A DNA stretch of 53,298 bases, the filler included, from Jimgerdemannia flammicorona (taxonomy: Eukaryota), in the NCBI GenBank assembly GCA_003990765.1. It is 2 parts of 2 records of this genome, joined end to end, with 100 filler letters (N's around TTAATTAATTAA, not from the genome) between each part and the next. Parts side by side here need not be neighbours in the genome. Positions count along the whole stretch, not along the records: positions 1 to 26,601 come from RBNJ01000714.1; 1 more part is not named here. The stretch is one strand, 5' to 3'. Position 1 is the first letter of the stretch. Every line of letters starts with the position of its first letter. Of the stretch, positions 1 through 12,483 are shown piece by piece. The notes under the pieces were generated by a model. It saw nothing but the letters and a program-made list of their open reading frames with translations, did no database searches and was not told the origin of the DNA. A program made the position numbers and the translations under genes.

Positions 1-1767
1 ACCGAACTCCTTGCACTACACCCAGCAAGTCAAGATGAAGAAGGTCTTATTGAAGCCTTCTTTACTCTTCTCAATAAGAGTTTTGTCAGCTCCACAAATC
101 CGAGTGACCTAGGACAACCAGCAGCAGTCTTTCTAGCCTTAGTTCCTCATGAAGCCCAAGCCTCTGTAGCCAAGTGGCTCAACTCTACTGACTTTCACTG
201 CACCAGGACCAAGACCGCCTTATACTACCAATTCCAGAACAGCAAGGCCTGCCATATCCTTAAAGAAGAAGCAAGAGAAACCCTTCATCAACTACCTGAT
301 CCCAAACCTGAAGCAGGCCCTGCTACAGCCCTACCTGAATCTGAAACCAATACCAAACCTGAACTTGACTTTGAATTAAGTCCGTCTGAAATCAGATATA
401 TAACTGATTCTGTCTACTTTGATGCCGAGCAAACCCAATTACACAGAGACCAAACTGAAGAAGAGGAGGAGTATCTCAGTGAATTCGATCCCAGATATAC
501 CACCAAAGGAGAAGTACCTCCATCAGGACAGAATACACCTACATAGCAACAAATAGTTATCTATTAAGCTCTCACTCCAGATCCACAACTACTACTCCAG
601 CAACTTACACAGACCCAAAGAACCTCATCACACTCTGCACCAGTATCTCAAGTAGTACCAGTAACACTACTACCAGCAGTCCAAGCACCTCCAGTAAACA
701 ACATGGCAAACTAACAGATTCTAGACCTTACAGCCCAGGTAGCCATAATGGCAGCAACCATTATTGCCTTAGCTGAACAGACCTGACCTACCAAAAATCT
801 GAGCCTACCTACCTTCAATGGTACTGTACAAGAAGTCCAAAGCTTCATTAGTGTAGTTGACACCAACTTCGAAGCCAATCAATGGACTAATGAGCAAGTT
901 GCTGACCATATTCTGATAAACAATCAAGACCACACCCTGGAATAACTCTTTGCTACCACTACAACCTATGTCCGCCGAGTTGTTATATTCTTCTGAGGAC
1001 CTGCTGAAGAATGGTGGTGAATCCTTCCTGAAAAACTCCTCACATGGGATACCCGACCTGCAGTAGTTGCCCAGAATGCAGCAAACAATGCCCCAGGATA
1101 TAGAGCCCATCCTGCAGCCCCTGGACTCAAACAACTCATGATTGCTCAATATCGCAGTGAAATCATAATTGCCGAATCTCGAGTAAAACTCTGCAACCTC
1201 AAATTTAATATATATGGCAAAGAAGAATTCGAAACCTTCTGTACAAAACTCAAGTCACTCCTGAACACTGTTGGCCTAGGATTCATTGCCAATGACAAAG
1301 CACAAAATAGTACAAGAGCAGACCATTTATTTGATGCTCTGCCTGAATGGCTTACTAGAAAAATCTGAGAGCAAGGCTGCCTAGTTGGTTGTAATCACCA
1401 ATAATGGTACCTGGTAAGAATCAAGACCATGGTCAAGCAAATCCTAACAGCTGGACCAATTCTGCCCTGAAGACAATTTAACAACAAGGAAAAGACTTGG
1501 ACCAAGAAAGAAGAACCCAAGCATGAAGCATCCTGAGCTCCCTCCACATCCACCTCTTGGACACCCAGAAATCCTGAACTCACCCAGCCCAGTACCTTCA
1601 AGAAACTTACTGAAGGTGAAAGGAATGAACTTCAAAGAAGTGGAGCATGCTTCTATTGCCGAAAGACAGGACACATGGCCAGTACCTGCCCCAACCGAAA
1701 ACCCCGAACAGCAACATGAGCAACTGTTACCACTCTGCACCACCTCAACAACCTGACCACCAAAACA

Positions 1768-2175
1768 CTAGACTTTGTCAAGTTAAGACAAACTGCTAAG
1801 ACCCCAACCAAAGGAAGTCAAAAGGCAGCCGGATATGACCTGTATGCAGCTGAAGAAGCTACAGTTTCCAACCGAGAAGTCAAACAAGTCTATACAGGAA
1901 TCAGTATCCAAATCTCTGAAGGACATGTTGGAAGAATGTGCTGTTACAGCAGCCTAGCATTGAAAGGACTCTTAGTAGAAGGAGGAGTCATTGATGAGGA
2001 TTACACAGGTGAAATTATTGTCCTCATCCGAAACCACAGTTAGACACCCTTCAAGATCCCTATTGGTTTCTGCATTGCCCAGATTCTATTCGAAAAAATC
2101 AAGTCAACCCTGACAGTCAAGGAAGTCTCTGAACTACTGCCCACCATCCGAGGATCCAAAGGATTTGGCTCATCA
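1768..2175 (+). pseudogene. dUTPase domain between Gag NC and protease (family A)
   Basis: Frame-1 translation gives trimeric dUTPase motifs AAGYDL (~1825-1842), SSLA, GGVIDEDYTGEI (1981-2016), IAQILF and RGSKGFGSS (2149-2175); one TAG at 2041. Confidence 0.93.
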
Positions 2176-5100
2176 AACAAAGCCCCAGCCCAACCTACCA
2201 TGAGCAAAGAAGAACAATTCTACAAGAAGATCGAAGATGGATATGTACCAAGTGGCCGATGTCCTCATGGTATTGGAATGTACTCTTCCCGAATAATTGA
2301 TGATTGCTTCTCTTGTGTCAATGAACTGGCTCAAAGAAGAACCAATAGAAGAAAGGCTCCTACAACTGAAATCACCACCATTGGATCAGACAAACTGCTC
2401 ACCCTTAAGGCTTTTGTCAACGGAGCACCTGTCAAGATTATGATAGACAGTGGTGCCTCAGGCAACTTCATCAATGAAGAGACAGCCAATAGACTCAAGG
2501 TCTTCACCTCTCCAGTACAGCAAACTCAAGCAGTTGCTACAGCTGATGGAACCTCATATGTTATTAGCAAAGAAGTCTGCAATCTACCCTTCCGAAATGG
2601 CAACTACCAAGTACATGTTACCCTCCAAATTGTACTACTTCCTGACAATGAAATCATCCTTGGGACTCCATGGTTAAAACAAGAGAACCCCATGATTGAT
2701 TGGGTAAACCATTCTCTGACCATCAAGAAAGGACGCCACAACTTCAAACTACAAGGCAAAAAGGACTCACTCAACTCTAGTGACCCTGGACCAAAGATCA
2801 CCCACATCAACAAGCTACAACTCAAGAAATTGGCCAAGAAATACCCTCTCTTCACTATCTCCATCTGACCATCTAAAGGAGAACCTGAGAACTCTGAAGA
2901 AGATTTCTCCAAAGTTGACAGCTGTGTCCGACCACTACTCCAGAAATTCCAAGATATATTCCCAAAGAAGCTCCTGAAAGGCCTACCTCCCAAACGAGCA
3001 GTAGACCATACAATCAAGACTATCCCAGATGCCAAACTAGCCTTCAAGTCAATCTACCACATGTCTCCAAGAGAAATCGATGCACTCAAGAAAGAAATTG
3101 ATGAACTCCTAGAACAAGGGTTCATCAGACCCAGCATATCACCCTATGGTACACCAGTCCTCTTTGTTGTCAAAAAAGGAGAAGACCTGCGAATGTGCAT
3201 TGACTACTATGATCTCAATGAACAGACCATCAAGAACTGTTGCCCACTACTGAGGATTGATGAAATATTCGATAGGCTCACCAACCCACAATTCATAAGC
3301 TCTTTTGACCTGCGAAATAGTTACTGGCAAATTGCCATGAAAGAAGAAGACATCTACAAGACAGCTTTCCGAACTCGCTATAGACACTTTGAGTTCCTGG
3401 TTATGCCATTTGGCTTAACTAATGCCCCAGCAACCTTCCAGACACTGATGAATACCATTCTGCATCCATACCTGGACAAATTCATTGTTGTCTACATTGA
3501 TGACATCCTAGTCTTCAGCAAAACCCTAAAGGAACATCTTGAACACCTTGAACTAATACTACTAAAACTCTGAGAAAACCGACTCTTTGCAAAACCCAGC
3601 AAGTGTGAATTTCTTCTGAAAGAAATTCAATTCCTTGGACACATTGTCACTCCAAATTGAATCAAAGTGGACCCCAGAAAAATCTCTGCAATCAAAGATT
3701 GGCCTACACCCAAGAAGCTAAAAGACCTCCAGTCATTCCTGGGATTAGCAAACTATTATAGGCAATTTGTTGCCAACTTTGCTAAAATCGCTACTGCCCT
3801 CACCCAAATGACCAAGCATAGTAAGAAACAAGAACAACCCTGGACCATGAAACAAGAGAAAGACTTCAACAATCTTGTAAATTGGGGATACAAGCAAGAT
3901 ACCACCTTTCAAGCACTGAAAGATGCCCTGATAACCACACCAGTACTTCAAGTGGCAAACCCTGCCCTACCATATGAAGTCACTACTGATGCCTCTGATC
4001 TAGCTCTTGGAGCAGTGCTCATGCAAGAAGGACACCCTGTGGCCTATCACTCCCACAAGTTCAATGATGCCAAAATCAACTATGCAACTCATGAGAAGGA
4101 AATGCTAGCCATTGTAGACACTCTGATCAAATGGTGACCATATCTAGAAGGAGCACACTTCACTGTATTGACTGACCACAAGTCATTAGTCAACATCAAG
4201 ACACAGGCTACCCCTTCCCGAAAGCAAGCCAGATGGATGAAAGTCCTCACTAACTTTGACTACAAAATCCAGTACCACCCTGGCAAGGAAAATATTGTTG
4301 CCGATACAATCTCCAGACCACCAATCGAAGAGGTTATCCAAACTCTGACCTTGGTTACCAACACTATCATGGAACAAATCATTGCAGCATGTATTGATGA
4401 TAAGGAAGCTCAAGCACTCCGAGAAATCCTGAACAATGATGATGCTGACAAGTATACCTAGTACAATCAATACCAACTCAAGGACAATGCTATCTACTAC
4501 AAGGATAGATTGTATGTCCCAAACAACCAAGACCTCCGAAGGACTATCCTATTCGAATGTCATGATGCCCCTATAGCTGGACATTTAGGATTTGATAAAT
4601 GCTATGAAGTTATCTCCCAGAACTTCTATTGGCCCTGCATGGCAGATCAGCTCAAAACCTACATTACTTCCTGTGATGCCTGCTAACGAAACAAGTCCTC
4701 AACACTAGCAAAACCCGGCTTACTCTACCCTATCCCAGTACTATCCACAAATTGAGAACAAATCTCTATGGACTTCATTGTACAACTACCCTGAACCAAG
4801 AACAGGAAAGATACAATTGTTGTCTTTGTGGACTATCTCAGCAAACAAGCCCACTTTGTGCCTACTACTACTACTGCAACAGCACCAGACATAGCCACAC
4901 TCTTGTTTGACAATATCTTCCACTATCATGGTCTTCCTGAGATCATTGTTAGTAACCGAGATCCGAAATTCACCAGCCACTTTTGGAAAGCCCTCCATGT
5001 ACACCTTGGAACAAAACTTGCACTATCCACAGCCTTTCACCCAGAAACTGATGATCAAACTGAAAGAATGAACCGAACTCTGGAACAAATGCTAAGGAAC

Positions 5101-5666
5101 TATGTTTCCTACAGACAAGATGACTGGTATGAACACCTCACCGCAGTTGAGTTTGCCTACAACAATAGCAAGCAAGGCTCCTTGGAATGACCCCATTCTT
5201 TGCCAATACTGGACAAAATCCAAACACCCCTTTGACACTTATCTGAACTACTGAAGAACCCTCCACAGTTGAAGCTGTTGAAGAATTCTTACTCCGAATG
5301 TGCAATTTAAGCCAGATTACTATTGAGAATTTATCACGAGCTCAAGAACAATAATCACAGTATGTTAACCAACATCACCAAGAAGAAACTTTTGATATTG
5401 GAGAAAAAGTCCTACTAGACATCAGAGGATACCGAGTTGACAACCTCAAGCACAGACTATCTACAAAGCTGAACAGCAAGTTCATTGGACCATTTGAAGT
5501 CATCGCATAAGTCTCTCCAACCTCCTACAAACTGACACTACCAGACACCATTAAGATTCACTCAGTCTTTAATGTTCAACGTCTCAAGTGATACAATGAG
5601 AATGATGATGAGCTATTTCCAAACCGGACCACCAAACCACCTGCACCTGTCATTATAAATGACTAA

Positions 5667-5834
5667 GAAGAGTACAAAGTTGAACAAATCCTCAACAAAC
5701 ATGGCAACAAGAGCCACCCTGAGTATCTTGTCAAATGGAAAGGTTACCCGATCCATGATGCAATCTGGGAACTCAAGACCAATCTCCAGAATGCTACCAA
5801 CCTAGTTTAGGAATATGATTCCTTGAACAACTAG
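5667..5834 (+). pseudogene. Integrase C-terminal chromodomain (family A)
   Basis: EEYKVEQILNKHGNKSHPEYLVKWKGYPIHDAIWE matches the group I chromodomain pattern Y.VE.IL...YLVKWKGY....WE. Confidence 0.92.
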
Positions 5835-6045
5835 AACCAGATACTTCGTACCTATTCATACATACTATATATTATCCTCCCGAACATTATAATTATTGCA
5901 ACCCAAACCAAGAACTCAGCAAAACAAGACAAGAATACTGACCCTCTGGAGAAATGGCAAACCGAAAGCAAGCCTATTCTCCCTGTACCACTGAACAAAA
6001 TTAGAAGGCCCCGACAAGGACGTCGAAAGCTAAGAAGGGGAGAGT

Positions 6046-8106
6046 TGTAAGCGCACAACCCCCAAGCCACTGAAATTATATGTCACCCTCTGAACAAGCC
6101 ACTGAAATCATACGTGACCCTGAACAAATCTAGAAATTACTTGCTTGATCACAAAGCTGAGTCAAACTGAAGTCACAGTGCACAAAGCTGAGTCAATATG
6201 AAGTCACGGAACACAAGATTTACACAAATGGAATCTTACCAATCAGGACTAAATGCATATATACCAAGCACTGAGATGCATCGAATCAGAGAACCAAAAC
6301 AAACAACAACCATAACTTCCAAACACACAAACATGACTACTGAGATCTACAACTGTATCCATGCTGACATTTGGAATGCTATTGTCAACCGAGCTACACC
6401 CCCTCTGCCCCTCATGAATATCCATAGCCTAGCACCCCTCTACTTTGTGGAAGCCTGATGGAACGCTCTGAACATGCTTAGCAAGGCTCACCAAATTGGA
6501 CAAATCTCAAGCTACTACCAGATCGGCTGCCTCCTGGAAGACATGGTCGAACACCATCATGATACAGACATTACCCAGATGTCTCAACACCAGAAGCTCA
6601 TCACCCACAAACATCGAGAACTCTTCTACAAGTATAGCACCTTTATTCCCCACCTCCGAGTTACTACCAGTGAAATGGTTGCTACCCTGTCCTACAGCCA
6701 AATCGATGACATAATATAAGAACTCAACCAGAAGTACCTCGAGTACATTGAAACCACAGACCGAACCTTCCCTCACCCCAATGATCACATCCTACAAATG
6801 CCCCAAGTTGGATATGCCATGAAGGACATCTACAATATAATCCACTTTAATGAAGATGAAGCAGAAGACAATGATTCCTCTGATACTGACATGACCTCTA
6901 GCCAAGGATCTCTGCCAACCCTGATCATACCGCCAACCTTGCTGATGAACTTACAACAGTTCATAACTACATATGAGACTTATTGGGACAATGACCACTG
7001 GCATGAATACCAACCTGCATTTACTCCCAATTACTTCAACTACAATGAAGAGATTGGAGAATACAACTTGTACCTTCAGACAACCCTCAAGATTGAACCA
7101 ACCACTCCACCACCTGAGTACGAGCAACATGAACCACAGCCGCCAGCTTACTACAATCCTGCAACTCATAGTGCTGTAACCTATAGAAGGTACGCAGACA
7201 GTGAATCCAATGAAAGTGAAGACAATATACCCATCCTTCATCCACCAACACCTTATCCAGCCTACAAGACAGATGATGCTATCCTGTGGGACGGTGATGA
7301 AGTTCCAATATATTATTACCTCAGCGAACAAGGAGAAGTAATCTGTGAACCACTCTTCCTAGACAACTACTTCATCAGAGATGATGCAATTGATGGTGAT
7401 GTCATCGAGGACTACCCAGATAGCACCTAAACTCATAAATAGTCTAGCAGTCATAGTATAGTTAGATTAGCCTTGTATGACGTAACTGTGAACTGACTCA
7501 GCAGTCAGATGATCTCTTGACATATCAGATCACACTTGTATTATGTGACTGCATTCCGACTCAGCAAAGTACTTAGTGCTATATCCATATCTAGCATAGT
7601 CCAGATAGCCCCTCATTAGTATAAATACCCCCTCCTCCAGACCTCAGAATCTCAGACTCGAATACACAAGAACATTCCTGAATACTTCCCCACAATATCC
7701 CTTCATACAACTACTCCTAGTATAGCAATATCATGAATAGCAAATAAACCTATTCAATAACCCACAAACTACTCTTAAGTAAATCCACCCCCTGTTAGGT
7801 CCCACTCCTAACCCCATCACGAAATTTCCTAATTGGGTATTGTCTGCGGCGATACACCAATTCAACTAAGCTGGTCTTAGTTTCTTGAACTTCCTGAAAT
7901 ACAGAAAATCCTAAACATCCAGAACTAGTCCGAAAAAGGACTTTGGTTGAGATGTCAACCCGATCTTGAAATCAATAAGCATAGAGGACATACTCCATAT
8001 GAAATTGATCTTGACCATAAGAAAACAGTCTTCCAGAATATCCAGAACCTCTAGTAAACTCTTCCAGAACCATGTAAAGGTTACCCTAAAGAGTAACTCT
8101 CTTATA
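6046..8106 (+). repeat. Putative long (~2.06 kb) 3' LTR of family A
   Basis: Starts TGTAAG right after the PPT; ends CTTATA; contains TATAAATA at ~7620 and TGA(G/C)TCA motifs at ~6158, ~6189 and ~7494. The 5' LTR is outside the window, so the right boundary is inferred. Confidence 0.65.
6333..7430 (+). pseudogene. ~365-aa accessory ORF downstream of the PPT (inside the putative LTR), two premature stops
   Basis: ORF-track pieces 6198-6458, 6474-6719 and 6798-7430 share one frame, broken only by TGA (6456) and TAA (6717). ATG at 6333 in context CAAACATG; TATA-like ATATATA at ~6257; acidic, Tyr/Pro-rich C-terminal half with PPEY and PPAY. Confidence 0.75.
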
Positions 8107-9530
8107 CTGGGCCACTCTCTTCACTCTTTTTTCCTGCCCTCCCTTGGTATTCCTTCTTGCCAACTCATCTCATTTCTCCTCCAGCACATTCTGCAGTTTA
8201 TCCTCACTAGTAGCCCCACCTGATACTCTATACTGAGGGTGCTTCCCCTCAACCATCTCTATATCTTCCATGACCATACTCAATCCAGAGTCACCTTCTG
8301 CTCTCTGAGTCACCTCTAGAGCCACCCCCTTCTCCTCTGCCCAGGCACTCATTTACAATTCAGCATCTTCAGCAGTAGTCCCCTCTGCTGTCTCCCCTCT
8401 CAACTTCACTAGCAGCTCCTTCTGAATCTGTCTCTCCTGTGCCCACTCCCAGGCTGTCCAATCTAGCTACACCTTCTTGCTATTGACAATCTCTACAACT
8501 ATCTTGACCTCATACTTCTTCTAGACCAATCTCCTCCTCTCTATAGCTCCAGCCAGGTCCTCTAATACCTTCAGCAAGTTCTCTTCTTCCTTCAGTATCT
8601 CTTTTACTTATAAGACCTTGTATTCCACAGATCTCTACTTTAGAACTACCAGTCAGTCCCTTGTCTTCCCCATATTCTTCTTGCCCACCAGCTATATCCT
8701 GATATTCACATCTCCAGTCTGGAATTTGGTACTCACTCAGATCCTAAACCCAATATCCATGATCTCTCTATACTTCTTGATGGCCTCTACAATCAACTCT
8801 CTGATCATTTCCTTTAATACTATAGACATATCTAGTATCATCAACTGTACTACTCAGGGATCCCAGCATAAGCACCAGGCTATGGGAATTACCACCCCCC
8901 TACTACTACTCTATTCTTCATCACCTCCAACAACACCTCCTCCTTCTTGAAGCCAACCTCTACCTCTTCCAGTCTCTTCAAAAACTTCACCAAAGTGGCC
9001 CCCTTCACCTCCTAAGTCAGAAGTCCCAGAATTATTCTTGCTGTAACTGCTAAGTCTCAGAAGCACAATGTGATAGTAAATTCTGACCTCAATTTCTTGA
9101 GTAATAGTGCTACCACCAGTCCCATCACACCATCTGCCAGGTCCCTAGACCTTATGCCCACCTCCTGTCCAGATCTCTCATTAACTATTATATCTGGATT
9201 TTTTTTCAGATTGGCAGTCTTCTTACTATCAGCAGTCCCACTCTCCCTAGCTACTACTCCTCTAGTTCTGCTGCCCTTGCCTCTATGGACTGCTTCCCCA
9301 GTACCTACAGCTCTTGCTATCTCCTTGCCCTTTCTCAGCCAGCTCTCCAGCCCAGTTATCATCATTGATCAACTCTCCTTCACCTTGTCCATAAAGCTCA
9401 TCCTCCTTATTCTCTGTCTCTTCACACTATCTCCTCCTCTTTTATATCTTCTAGTTAGCAAGCCCCTCATACTTTCCTCCAAGCTATAACTCCTCTCTAC
9501 ATACTGTCATTCAAATATACTAGGGCCACT
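8107..9530 (-). mobile_element. L1/Tx1-like LINE ORF1 fragment
   Basis: 9057-9365(-) DLADGVMGLVVALLLKKLRSEFTITLCF matches DLADSIMGLAVAPLLKKSISEFTVTLCF at 43631(+), which lies upstream of an APE-RT ORF2. Confidence 0.8.
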
Positions 9531-11926
9531 CTATATAGCATGTATCTCAGAATACTCATTAGTTACTATATTACTAGTATCTTTTCTCTAAAAATAAAGT
9601 CTTGAGTATTATCAGAAGTTTGTATAATCTGAATATTACTGGAAAAAAGTAAGGAGCAATTAGATGAGACAAAAATGTTCTAGTAATATCTTGATACTAA
9701 GAGAAGATTTTTAGGTACTTAAAAGATACTGGAATATAGTAGAATATTTAAAAAAAGATAAGAAAAGACTAATAAAAAGATGTAAAAAAGTACTATAACT
9801 AAAATATAACTATAAAATTATTACATTCCTCTTTTCTTAAGAACTAATATTCTTATTGAGTTTTTAGATTATATAAGACTAAATATACTTAACCAAAATT
9901 TCTCAAACTTATATTGATATATTAGTAAGGACTGACTATTTTCATATAGGGTAGAGAGTCTATTACTAGACTAACTATCTGAAAGAGATTCAAATCTAGC
10001 TAGTAGCTTCATTTTGGTAGACTTCTTATTCACTAAATGTTCTGTTAATTTCAGGGTCCCAAAGTAAACTTTTAATATATAAGATACTAGTTATTGTTAT
10101 AAATCATCAATAATTCAAAAATGTCACTATAGAGATTACATAATATATTTTATCTCAAAGTCTTAAATAGGTCTTGAGAGTTCTTAAGGTTAACTGATAA
10201 TTTTCAGATAGTATTATATTTAGGATAGCTCATCCACTTGACCAGATATTTAGGATGATGATAGTAGATTCATTTGTTAAGTATTTTCTCATCTTCATAC
10301 TCAATATAGTCCTCAATAATTATAAGAGTAGATGGCTTGAGAATTTAACCAGGATAGGGTAGTGACTGGTTCCAGATCTTGAGATATAATATATAAAAAA
10401 CTGATATCCTCATGATTTCAGATAACTTAAGATAATAGAAGGATGCAGAGACTTGTTTGGTAATCTCAAAGGGTCTAATATACTTAGGTTATAATTTATT
10501 CAATATATAGTTGACTTGAGATTATATCTTAAGATTTTCAATAGATAATAAGACTTGATCTCTAATAGTATATATGACATTATGGTACTTCTTGTCAGTA
10601 TATTTGGCTTAGTATTGTTGGCCTTTCTGAAGATTCATAGTGGTAATCTTAAATAGTTCATTTATCTTATCTGTGAGGTTCTTAGTAGTAGAAACTTATA
10701 TTTGACTATTTTTTTAAAAAAGAACTAGACTTGCAGAGGTCTCAGAGTCTTAATTATAAAGTAGCCAAAAGGGAAAAAGACCAGTAGATTATTAGACAGC
10801 ATTGTTGTATATAAATTCTATATAAGTTAGATAGTGGTCCAAATTATCTTACTCATAAAAAATATAGTTTCTGAGTATTTGCTCTAAGGTTCTATTTATA
10901 CACTCAGTTTATCCATCAGTTTGTAGGTCAAAGATAGTAGATATAGTCAATTGGATTCCCAGAGTCTTGAAGAGAGTTTGCCAGAAGTAACTGATAAACT
11001 TGGGGTCATAGTTACTGACAATTACTATAATAAGTTATAGTGATGAAAGATAGACTTGAAAAAGATTTTTACAATCTCAGATATAGTAGTATTGATAGTA
11101 GTAAGTTTGGTAACTATAGTCTTGATCAGGTGGTTAATGAATATGATGATAGCATTAATAACAGATTGAGTTCATAGTAGTTAAGTTACAAAGTTTATTA
11201 TAATTTACTCAAATTTCTTAGTTGGGATTAATAGTAGTTGTAGTAAACTAGCTAATGCTTAGTTGGTAGATTTATTGTACTAATAGAGATCATAGCTAAC
11301 AATATAGTTATTGATTTCCATAATTATATTTAGCTAATAGTAGTAGTATTGAGTATTTTTGATGGTTTTCTCAATTCTAAGTTAACCAGTAAGTAGAGAG
11401 TTATAGTGTTCTTACAGTATCTTATATGTAGTATAGATTTATATTATCAAATAGATAGACTTTGTAATAATTTCACAGTTATATTTAGTCTTAGTATATT
11501 TTCACATCTTTTAGCTAGTCTTTTTTTATTATTTCTTAAATATTCTATTATGTTCCAGCATCTTCTACTTGTTTGGAAATCTTCTCTCAGTTAGTGCTCT
11601 CAAATGAATCAAATCAATTCAAATCAAATCAAATTGAGGGTGATTCAAATTGAATCAAATTGAGGATTTTTCAATTCGAATTAGGTTCGAATTGAATTGA
11701 GTTCAAATCAAATTAAGGTCTGATTGAAAATATTCAAATTGAATTGAGGTTCAATTTGATTTGAAAAAAAAAAAAATTAGGTTTGTAATTATTAGTGGCT
11801 TATATGATTTATTTATTATTTACATAGATATATATACAGTACTCATGATATATTTCACTCACCTAATACATTCAGCACTCATGACACTCAGTACCTAGCA
11901 GTATGTCTGGTCACAGCAATAGCTAA

Positions 11927-12483
11927 TTAATGGAAATTGTTGTAAGGCCTTTTTCTCAAAGGTAGGTCAGGAGTCAATGGGTTCAACTTCTGGCAAACTT
12001 TAGAGAGAGTACTACAAGTCTTTCCATATCTTCTACAATTATAACAACTGGTCTGAAGATGGCCTCTTGGCTTTAGAGGGGCCAGGGCAATAACTGGGAC
12101 TGGGGCGAAAATAACCAGGGCTGGGGGGGGGTCAGGGCAACAACTGGGGCTGGAGTGACAACTAGGGCTGAGGTGACAACCAGGGCTAGGGCAACAACCA
12201 GGGCTGGGGTGATGACTGGGGCTGGAGGGGCCAGGGTGATGACTGGGGCTGGAGGGGCCAGGGTAACAACCAGGGCTGGGGGGACCAGAGCAGCAGAGAG
12301 TGTTGAGGTAATAGCTAAAATAAATTGCTCAATCACTTTAGCAAGTATTTTCTTCTTCTTTCTATATTCTTCTTGAGTAGCATTGATTTCATCAGTTACT
12401 ACCCAAGTATATATCTTGTCAATAGCATGGTTTATGTCTTTGAAATAATTTGAGAGATAGTTGAGATAAGTTTGAATATGTAT
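11927..12483 (-). pseudogene. Second ORF in the hAT: Pro/Ala/Val repeats, decayed AT-hook-like motif and Cys4 motif
   Basis: Open frame from 12483 (ATA, possibly ex-ATG; TATAAATA ~45 bp upstream) through the 12073-12336 ORF; after a frameshift in the G9 run at ~12123-12131 it reads LKPRGHLQTSCYNCRRYGKTCSTLSKVC..LRKRP..stop. Confidence 0.55.
12078..12290. repeat. 18/27-bp coding-type tandem repeat
   Basis: Units GGGGCCAGGGTGATGACTGGGGCTGGA and ACAACCAGGGCTGGGGTG; all lengths are multiples of 3. Confidence 0.85.

Larger units (their letters stand above)
1..5834 (+). pseudogene. gag-dut-pro-pol polyprotein of family A, single frame with scattered stops and one frameshift near 5180
   Basis: ORF-track pieces at 1138, 2200, 3061, 3667, 4168 and 4828 are all in frame 1. 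CCHC knuckle CFYCRKTGHMASTC 1648-1689; protease IMIDSGASGNFI (D at 2446); [13 protein letters not shown] and YIDD (3493); RNase H TTDASD..YATHEKE..TDH; integrase H-x6-H...C-x2-C, MDF, SNRDPKF, QTERMN; GPF motif KFIGPFEV. Confidence 0.95.
1..8106 (+). mobile_element. Ty3/Gypsy chromovirus LTR retrotransposon, family A (5' end outside window)
   Basis: Domain order gag(CCHC)-dUTPase-PR-RT-RNaseH-IN-chromodomain; PPT AAGAAGGGGAGAG 6032-6044 followed by TGTAAG at 6046; inferred end CTTATA (decayed CTTACA) at 8101-8106 where unrelated LINE sequence starts. Confidence 0.93.

Noticed and set aside
1768..2175. dUTPase as a counter-defence against the C>T hypermutation
   Set aside because: dUTPase cleans the nucleotide pool and does not repair deaminated cytosine in DNA; the dUTPase-bearing B copies are among the most mutated.
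6333..7430. env-like gene
   Set aside because: It lies downstream of the PPT and shows no evident signal peptide, furin site or transmembrane helix.
1..8106. Betaretrovirus or endogenous retrovirus call because of NC-dUTPase-PR and an LTR ORF
   Set aside because: RT, RNase H, GPF integrase and chromodomain are typical Ty3/Gypsy chromovirus; no env is present.
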